DNA from: an uncultured Candidatus Micrarchaeota archaeon
GTDB taxonomy: Archaea > Micrarchaeota > Micrarchaeia > Micrarchaeales > Micrarchaeaceae
Length of the DNA stretch: 31,040 nucleotides
Direction of reading: 5' to 3'
NCBI GenBank assembly: GCA_903858385.1
Contig: CAIOIN010000030.1
Location: 1 to 31,040 of the forward strand
Under the pieces are notes generated by a model. It was given only the letters and a program-made list of their open reading frames with translations, did not search any database and had not been told where the DNA came from. This document shows, piece after piece, positions 24,676 through 31,040 of this stretch (the stretch's first letter is position 1; every line of letters begins with the position of its first letter). Position numbers and translations under genes: made by a program.

Positions 24676-25992
24676 ATGGATAGGACGCTGCAGCGCCTGG
24701 AGGACGTGGTATTGGCGAAGCTGAAAGGCAGATTCGCGAACCTGCGCACGCCCGAAGAGAGGAACGAATTGATAACTTCGGTGCTGAAGTCGCTATCCAT
24801 AGAGATCAGCAACGAAGAGGTGCAGGAGGTAATAAATGACATAGCTGATCTCGCTCCCATAAACGAGATGCTCGTGAACGACGACGTTGAGGACATAATG
24901 GTCAACAACACGAACAACATATTCGTGCAGACTTCAAGTGAAGGGTGCAAGAAGTTCGGCAAGAAGCTGGAGAACACCGACGAGCTCTGCCGATTCGTAG
25001 ACAAACTGAAGCTTTATGCAACTAATGAAGCCGCCAAGGGCAGCATACTTGATGTTCATCTTCCTACGGGCAGCAGGGCCAACATAATATCCTCGCCTCT
25101 GGGCTATGACGTGACCATAAGGAACTTCAAGAAGTCGCCGCTCAGCATACTCGACCTGATAAACAGGAGGGAGTTCGATTACGACATGGCAGCCAGGCTG
25201 TGGCTCTATGTCGATGGATTGAAGGTCAGGCCGGCCAACCTTTTGATAGGCGGCATGCCTGCTGCGGGCAAGACGACTCTGCTCAATGCCATGTTCTCCT
25301 TCTTCAGGCCGGAGCAGCGCATAGTCACTCTTGAAGAGACGTACGAGCTTGACACCGAAACGCAGGAGAACTGCGTCAGGCTGGAGACGAGCGAGGACAT
25401 GTCAATGGAGGACTTGGTGAAGAATGCGCTCCGGATGAGACCGGACATGATAATAGTGGGCGAGGTCAGGGGCGCGGAAGCCAACGACATGATCACTGCG
25501 ATGAACATAGGAAAGATATCGATGGGCACCATACACGCATCTTCTACAAGGGACATAGTGAACAGGCTGCTACATACTCCGATGAACGTGCCTAAGGATA
25601 TTATACCGGTGATAGACGCGCTTGTCATAGTTTCGCTGGTCTATGCAAACGGCAAGCCCTACAGGGCGATAACGCAAGTGTCAGAAGTATCAGGCATAGA
25701 GACGCAGGTGCTGCTCTCCGATCTCTACAAGTTCGATTACAGGACCTTCAAAGGGTCGGCGATACTTCCCAGCGTCACCTACCGGGACACGGTGGCCAAG
25801 CTACTCGGCATTCCACCGTCCGATATACTCGGCGAGGAGCGGGTTAGGGCCGTGGTGCTTGAAAAGATGAACCAGTTGGGGAAGAGGGACATGAGGAGCA
25901 TCAACGAGATGGTCAAAAACTATTACGACAATCCTGACGAAACCTGCAAAAAGCTTGGCGTCACGGGCGTGTCCCCAGTCATAAAGGTCTGA
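24676..25992 (+). CDS. Type II/IV secretion/pilus assembly ATPase (CpaF/TadA/VirB11 family)
   Basis: VEDIMVN, Walker A GGMPAAGKTTLLNAM, RIVTLEETYEL, ALRMRPDMIIVGEVRGAEA, MGTIHA. Confidence 0.9.
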   Translation: MDRTLQRLEDVVLAKLKGRFANLRTPEERNELITSVLKSLSIEISNEEVQEVINDIADLAPINEMLVNDDVEDIMVNNTNNIFVQTSSEGCKKFGKKLENTDELCRFVDKLKLYATNEAAKGSILDVHLPTGSRANIISSPLGYDVTIRNFKKSPLSILDLINRREFDYDMAARLWLYVDGLKVRPANLLIGGMPAAGKTTLLNAMFSFFRPEQRIVTLEETYELDTETQENCVRLETSEDMSMEDLVKNALRMRPDMIIVGEVRGAEANDMITAMNIGKISMGTIHASSTRDIVNRLLHTPMNVPKDIIPVIDALVIVSLVYANGKPYRAITQVSEVSGIETQVLLSDLYKFDYRTFKGSAILPSVTYRDTVAKLLGIPPSDILGEERVRAVVLEKMNQLGKRDMRSINEMVKNYYDNPDETCKKLGVTGVSPVIKV

Positions 25993-26030
25993 TCTTGATT
26001 AGTTAGTTTTGGTAATTTTGTGTGGTATGC

Positions 26031-26753
26031 ATGATGACTATATTGATTTTGTTGGCGTTGGTGACCTTCTGTTCGACCATGATTGGAGGCACGGTAGCGG
26101 TAAAGTACAGGAAGGTTCTGCCCTACTTCTTCGCCTTCGCTTCGGGCAGCCTCATCTCGATTGCCTTCTTTGACATACTGCCAGAGAGCCTGAGCATTGC
26201 AAGTTCGATAAGTCTGCCGGTGCGGACGGTGCTGACTGTCGTCGTGATATCCTATCTGCTCTACAGCTTCCTGGAAAAGATACTGCTGACGCATCATTAC
26301 GATGAAAATGATGAGCATGAGCACATCATGGGCCCGATAGGCGCGAGCAGTCTTGTCATCCACAGTTTCCTTGATGGAGTGGCGATAGGCACTGCCTATG
26401 CCGTGAACCCTTCGGTTGGCTTGATAGTCGCATTCGCGGTCATATTCCACGATTTCACGGACGGGATAAACACCGTAACTCTCATGCTCAAGAACAAGCA
26501 GAAACTGCTGCGGACGAAGGTGTTCCTGTTCCTGGACGCCCTTGCTCCGGTCATTGGAGTGGTATTCACTTCGGCCGTCAACATAGGCGAATCGAATCTT
26601 GCGCTGCTGCTCGCATTTTTTGTCGGAGAATTCCTTTACATCGGCGCTTCCCACCTGCTGCCTGAGACCCATAAGCACACTTATTGGAAGATGATGCTGT
26701 TCATGAGTTTCGGGGTGGCGCTGATATACGTGCTCACTTCTTTGATACCATAA
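26031..26753 (+). CDS. ZIP family Zn/metal transporter
   Basis: FASGSLISIAFFDILPES, His-rich loop HHYDENDEHEH, HSFLDGVAIG, VIFHDFTDG, LYIGASHLLPE. Confidence 0.9.
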   Translation: MMTILILLALVTFCSTMIGGTVAVKYRKVLPYFFAFASGSLISIAFFDILPESLSIASSISLPVRTVLTVVVISYLLYSFLEKILLTHHYDENDEHEHIMGPIGASSLVIHSFLDGVAIGTAYAVNPSVGLIVAFAVIFHDFTDGINTVTLMLKNKQKLLRTKVFLFLDALAPVIGVVFTSAVNIGESNLALLLAFFVGEFLYIGASHLLPETHKHTYWKMMLFMSFGVALIYVLTSLIP

Positions 26754-26779
26754 ACTGGCGTTAAAATTCGATGATTCCG

Positions 26780-27685
26780 ATGAACATAGTCATTTCCGTG
26801 CCGGTCGACGAGAACCTTGCGGCGTTCATAGGCAAGAAGGGCTCGGAGAACAGCATAACATTCTACAACAGGAAGCTGGAGAAGGATGTCGTGGTGGCCC
26901 TCTATCCGAATCAGGAGGATGAGAAGGTCTACGCGCTCGCGCAGTCCTTGCTGCTATCGACGCAGGTAGTGCTCAGCACCTCCGCGATAGACAGAAGGTT
27001 CGGAGAGGCGCTGATAGCGGCGTCGCTGCTTGGGCACCCCATGCTGCTTACAGACGACAACGACGCTGAGGGGATTCTGCGTGGTTCCGGCGTGTCCGGC
27101 TACAGGGTAGTCTCAAGGGCCGAGCTGTTCAATGTTGTGTGCGGCAATGCGCAGCCGGCCGGCGAAGGAGAGCCGGTAAGAGTGGACATAGACAAGGGAT
27201 TCCCGGTTAAGGGAGTGGGTACGGTTGCGCTTGGCATAGTGAGCAGGGGAGTGATAAAACAGCACGATAAGCTCTACCATACTTCCGGCAAGCTCGTCAC
27301 CGTCAGGGGCCTGCAGAGCCAGGATGTTGACATAATGTCTGCGGGCAGGGGCACGAGAGTAGGAGTTTCGCTGAAGGACATAACTCACGAGGACATTGGA
27401 AAAGGGGATCTTCTGACTGCGACCGTAGTCAATAAGGCCGGAAAGGTATCCATCGAGTTCAAGACCAGCAAGATGGCTCCTGAAAAGGTGGTCGAGGGTG
27501 CGCAGTACCGGCTGGTCATTGGCTTCGCGTTCAGCGACTGCGCCGTGACCAAGGTCGATGGAAACGTGATGGAGCTCGAGCTCAAGGCAAAGCTGCCGGC
27601 CGAGGTTGGTGCAGAAGTACTGCTCATAAGGAAAGCGATGCCCAGGATATTCGCTTCTGGGAGCGTTAAGGGGATATTAGGATGA
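26780..27685 (+). CDS. SelB-like/EF-Tu-like protein with degenerate G domain (aSelBL type)
   Basis: GKKGSENSITFYNRK N-terminus, EF-Tu domain II VDIDKGFPVKGVGTVALG..RG..VRGLQSQDVD...GTRVGVSLK, and a domain III barrel. No GxxxxGKS/T, DxxG or NKxD motif. Confidence 0.75.
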   Translation: MNIVISVPVDENLAAFIGKKGSENSITFYNRKLEKDVVVALYPNQEDEKVYALAQSLLLSTQVVLSTSAIDRRFGEALIAASLLGHPMLLTDDNDAEGILRGSGVSGYRVVSRAELFNVVCGNAQPAGEGEPVRVDIDKGFPVKGVGTVALGIVSRGVIKQHDKLYHTSGKLVTVRGLQSQDVDIMSAGRGTRVGVSLKDITHEDIGKGDLLTATVVNKAGKVSIEFKTSKMAPEKVVEGAQYRLVIGFAFSDCAVTKVDGNVMELELKAKLPAEVGAEVLLIRKAMPRIFASGSVKGILG

Positions 27686-27714
27686 TTTCTGTTTGCACAC
27701 ATGTAGAAGGAACT

Positions 27715-27939
27715 TTAGGCATCGATGATCTCGACAAGCTTGTTCCTGCTGCTTAGGCCTTTTGTGATCCTTATGTGCGATTTTGGAACATTGAAGTACT
27801 CCGCCAGCATCTCTATCAGGCGCATGTTCGCCTTGCCTTCAGAGGCGCGCGCGTTGACCTTTATCCTGTAGCTGGGGTCTTTGCCTTTGATGATTGATGG
27901 AACCTTGGCATGCGGCGTGACGGTGACGCTTATCTCCAT
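27715..27939 (-). CDS. DUF167/UPF0235 (YggU-like) protein
   Basis: VTVTPHAK...IKVNARASEGKANMRLIEMLAEYFNVPKS.IRITKG.SSRNK. Confidence 0.88.
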   Translation of the reverse strand: MEISVTVTPHAKVPSIIKGKDPSYRIKVNARASEGKANMRLIEMLAEYFNVPKSHIRITKGLSSRNKLVEIIDA

Positions 27940-28155
27940 GCTGTGATTTGAAAGCCGCAGTTCTAAATATATGCACCCATTGGGTATGGCGGACGGGATC
28001 GGTGCGATGTGGATGCATGTGATATGGGACTGTTTGTCTGGTGCGAATTTTGGGTCGATTGCTTTTTGCGCCTGGATTTGGCCATGTTCGTCAATAGCGG
28101 TAGAAAGGGTAAATGTATAAATATTATGAATTTCAAATTTATATGGGTAGATGTA

Positions 28156-28899
28156 ATGGCTACTACATCAAAAGAACAACAAACAGCGTCTTTCTCATGG
28201 ATGGTTCCGGGCGAGCAGGTTCTGGGGCAGTCTGGGAAAGTGCATGTGTACGACAGATTTGCCAGGATGGCTCAACAGAATAAATACGGGGCTTTAGCTG
28301 GTAATATATCTGGTTATCGGGCTGCGGATGAGGCGTGGGGCAACATGAGCAACGTAGTGGTTACTAATAATAGGATGGTCATGTTCAAAGATGGCGTCGC
28401 AACGTATGAGATAATACGAAACGCCGAATACGCCAAAGCGCTTATCGTAGAGTTAGGGGAGAGGTATAAGTCTTCGCCGGATGTGCTCACGCAGGACGTG
28501 CATGGTAGGAAGGGCATTTATCTTTACATCAGCGGCAAGGAATCATGGCGCCTGGGTGGCAGCGAGCTTGTGCTTGAATTGCGGCATTTCCGGCCCGCTG
28601 CAACGATAGCGGAGGATGCATCGCGTAATCATGCCGCCCCAGCAAATAATTACCCCATTCCAGGTGGTATTATGGGGAAACTTAGCATGAGGTATATTAG
28701 TCCGATGATGACTCCGATTGTTGCCCCGCTGATCCATGCAGAAGCATGCTCGAATGCGAGATTGGGCCTTATACCAAAGGAGGGAAACAACTCTCAGAGG
28801 ATCTCTGAACTGCTTGGCTGGATGGGCAACGAGGATCCGGTGATGATCAGTTACACATCGGATACCACAAGCCTTGAGAAAGAGTTCCTGCGCAGATAG
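28156..28899 (+). CDS. Hypothetical protein, possibly PH/GRAM-like N-terminal domain
   Basis: Long ORF with VPGEQVL...NVVVTNNRMVMF pattern. Start placed at ATG 28156 after an AT-rich TATA-containing stretch; the upstream 49 codons in the ORF track look non-coding. Confidence 0.55.
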   Translation: MATTSKEQQTASFSWMVPGEQVLGQSGKVHVYDRFARMAQQNKYGALAGNISGYRAADEAWGNMSNVVVTNNRMVMFKDGVATYEIIRNAEYAKALIVELGERYKSSPDVLTQDVHGRKGIYLYISGKESWRLGGSELVLELRHFRPAATIAEDASRNHAAPANNYPIPGGIMGKLSMRYISPMMTPIVAPLIHAEACSNARLGLIPKEGNNSQRISELLGWMGNEDPVMISYTSDTTSLEKEFLRR

Positions 28900-28958
28900 A
28901 TTGATGATGTAAAGTCTTGCAGCGCGCCAGATGCAGAACTTTGTTGTACATAGGGCGG

Positions 28959-29852
28959 TCAAGCCGCCCCGTACAATGAGGCAAGCACTCCGCCAAGGAG
29001 CGCGATTATTCCCAGCGCGGTTATTAGGTAGACTATGCTCGATTTCTTTGCGATGTTCAGCAGGAAGCCTATGAAAAGGAGGCTTATGAGCGTCGCGACT
29101 ATTATCGATATCAGCAGCCCGTATGCACCTATGGCGGCTATGCTGGAATAGACCGACGCCCTGCTCGCAATCAAGGTGAGCAGCACCGCGCCGCTTGTTG
29201 CAAGTATCATGTTTATGAACGACAGCCTGAACGCCTCGTCGGTCTCTACGTTCAGCAGCAGGAGCGCGCTGGTGGTCGCTCCGGATCTGCTAACTCCGGG
29301 AAGGGCTGCTATGCCCTGCACCATTCCGACGATGATGTAGTCCTTAAAGCCCAGCTGGCTTACAGTCCTCCTGTTCTTGTTCTTGCTGTACCTTGATCGC
29401 GAGTATTTTATGAAAAGCGCGTCTCCTATCAGTATGAAACCCAGGATTATCATCGGCAAGCCTATGTTGTATGCGCCCTGCAGTGAATTCACGTACAGGT
29501 AGATTATGCTGCCTATGATGCCCGTGAATATGGTGGATACGACAACGTACTTCAGAAGGAATCTCCCTTCTGCACTGCCCTTCCCAAACAGGCTCATTAT
29601 CATCGAGGCGACCTCTTTCCTGAAATAGATTATTGCAGCGAGTATCGTCCCTATCTCCATGAATAGCCCGAAGACGTATGCCTGGTTGAAGGGCATCTTC
29701 AGCAGATAAGTCGCAAGAATTATTATCTGCGTCTTGCTGCTTATCGGGAGCCATTCCGATATGCCTTGGACAATGCCGAGCGCCAGGCCGTATACCAATT
29801 GCTGCGATAGTGCAACGGAAAGCACAATAGTACCAATCAGTTTTTCTAGCAT
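28959..29852 (-). CDS. uppP: Undecaprenyl/polyprenyl-diphosphate phosphatase (BacA/UppP)
   Basis: LGIVQGISEWLPISS and QGIAALPGVSRSGAT motifs, multiple TM helices. Confidence 0.92.
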   Translation of the reverse strand: MLEKLIGTIVLSVALSQQLVYGLALGIVQGISEWLPISSKTQIIILATYLLKMPFNQAYVFGLFMEIGTILAAIIYFRKEVASMIMSLFGKGSAEGRFLLKYVVVSTIFTGIIGSIIYLYVNSLQGAYNIGLPMIILGFILIGDALFIKYSRSRYSKNKNRRTVSQLGFKDYIIVGMVQGIAALPGVSRSGATTSALLLLNVETDEAFRLSFINMILATSGAVLLTLIASRASVYSSIAAIGAYGLLISIIVATLISLLFIGFLLNIAKKSSIVYLITALGIIALLGGVLASLYGAA

Positions 29853-29915
29853 GCGATCGACGATTTACGATATGTTCCTATTGAAGTTATTTAAGTTGTT
29901 GTGTGTGGAAATGGC

Positions 29916-30662
29916 TTAGGTCGGAGGGTAAAAGTCCATCACCAACGGAAGATGGTCGGCGATGTACACCATCGGCACTTTCAGGGACTTTACCTTTACC
30001 CTGTTGTTCACTAGTATGTTGTCTACTGGCTCTTTTACCGCGCTTAGTTCGTTCCTCGTCGTCTTTATTCCGTATTTTGAGACGAGATCCGGATAACGCT
30101 TGCTCAAAATTCTGAAAGAATTCGATTCCGGAGCAAGGTTGAAATCCCCAGAGAGTATTATCTGCTCATTTTTATCAATCGAATCCATGCACTTCAATAC
30201 CTTCTTTGAGTGGGATTCCGTTGTCCTGTTTCCCATCTTCGAGCCCCATATGAAGTAACCGTGATAGTTCAGAACGTTTATTGTCTTGCCCTTAACATTT
30301 ATTTTGGCGTATTGCAGCAGGCGCCGGTTCATGTCTCTGGTGCCGAAGGTGCTGTGAATCTTTAGTTTGCCCTGCATGTAGACCACTTTTCTGTATGTTA
30401 TAGGGTATTTGGACAATATCAGCTGACCTCTAGAAACAGTATATTTGCCGAATTCCCCTGTGATTGCAGGCGAGTAAAAATCATATTTGTACTTGAGCGC
30501 TTTCTTCAGCCCGTCGTGAACGCTGAAATATTCGGATTCTGTGGGAGACATCCCTGCAGATACTTCTTGGAGATTTATTATGTCGGCGTCGGCCTCTTTC
30601 AGGAACTTCACCGCGTAACGCAAGAGGCAGCCGTCCCATATGTTGAGCTGTACAAATCTCAT
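29916..30662 (-). CDS. Endonuclease/exonuclease/phosphatase (EEP) family protein
   Basis: QLNIW, ADIINLQEV, ILSKYP, VLNYHG, IILSGDFN, DNILV, ADHLPL. Confidence 0.9.
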   Translation of the reverse strand: MRFVQLNIWDGCLLRYAVKFLKEADADIINLQEVSAGMSPTESEYFSVHDGLKKALKYKYDFYSPAITGEFGKYTVSRGQLILSKYPITYRKVVYMQGKLKIHSTFGTRDMNRRLLQYAKINVKGKTINVLNYHGYFIWGSKMGNRTTESHSKKVLKCMDSIDKNEQIILSGDFNLAPESNSFRILSKRYPDLVSKYGIKTTRNELSAVKEPVDNILVNNRVKVKSLKVPMVYIADHLPLVMDFYPPT

Positions 30663-30764
30663 CGTATCCCTTATGTTATTTTTACCGCTTCGTTGATGGA
30701 TATTTATTGCATTGTAAAAGGGGTTAATAACAGTTGTTTTATAGGCCGGATGGCAATAATCATT

Positions 30765-30920
30765 ATGGGAGAATTAGGCATGGGGGCAGTTATCGCAGGC
30801 ACTGTTTTCTTGATCTGCTTTTTGATCAATATATCTCCACGAGCTAGGTTGCTATTCTTGGCAATTGCCGTAGTTCTTTTCATTGCCGGGTTCGGAGAGA
30901 TGCACTTTAACTCTCACTGA
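30765..30920 (+). CDS. Small hydrophobic two-TM protein (tentative)
   Basis: MGELGMGAVIAGTVFLICFLINISPRARLLFLAIAVVLFIAGFGEMHFNSH. Start could be 30750, 30765 or 30780. Confidence 0.45.
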   Translation: MGELGMGAVIAGTVFLICFLINISPRARLLFLAIAVVLFIAGFGEMHFNSH

Positions 30921-31040
30921 ACTGTTTTATGGGCTTGGGGTTGATGGGTAGTTTTATTTACGTTGGTAGGGGAAACGATGGTGTTTATTACTGTTTGATT
31001 TTATTAGTATAGGTTGACTTTCATGGAAAAAGTAATTTCA

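Noticed and set aside
28009-28155. 49-codon N-terminal extension of the 296-aa ORF
   Set aside because: Cys/Trp/Phe-rich, unprotein-like composition that overlaps TATA-like AT tracts. More likely promoter sequence.
28959-29852. UppP inactivation because SSGH reads SSKTQ
   Set aside because: The Gln/Glu pair, catalytic Ser and PGxSRSxxT Arg are retained. The His is considered mainly structural, so loss of activity is not supported.
30516-30749. N-terminal part of the 134-aa ORF
   Set aside because: It overlaps the EEP gene antisense and the divergent promoter. Only the hydrophobic 3' part looks coding.
1-31040. CRISPR array, tRNA, rRNA, IS/transposase or integrase
   Set aside because: No regularly spaced repeats, cloverleaf, rRNA-like tract or transposase motifs were seen. 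The Nop domain is Nop5, not an IS110 transposase, because there is no DEDD RuvC domain.

Overview
Archaeal core-genome segment. A DPANN origin, probably Micrarchaeota-like, is inferred from protein style and gene content (eS26 present, compact operons) and was not verified by search. Left arm: surface glycoprotein, pheS-pheT, a Tes/GDGT-MAS-like radical SAM enzyme coupled to a Cys-less HMA-fold protein, an ABC-2 exporter, an erythrin-VIT1 iron exporter, a hidden DUF1653 gene and an RpiB-like pseudoenzyme. Middle: rps26e, a B-box membrane protein, a beta-CASP RNase, a membrane-anchored tandem winged-helix protein, acdB-acdA-class III aminotransferase, glyS-ogg-translin and an N-terminally truncated Nop5. 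Right arm: rps19e-PDCD5-rpl39e-rpl31e-eIF6-pfdA-ftsY, an orphan TadA/CpaF ATPase, a ZIP transporter, aSelBL, DUF167, a PH-like hypothetical, uppP and an EEP nuclease. Manual reading found things the ORF track misses: rpl39e with an in-frame TAG, a -1 frameshift splitting the OGG1-like glycosylase, a DUF1653 gene with no canonical start, and a recurrent (G/A)GTG-N5-start signal that points to TTG, CTG and ATC starts. No rRNA, tRNA, CRISPR array or transposase was recognised.
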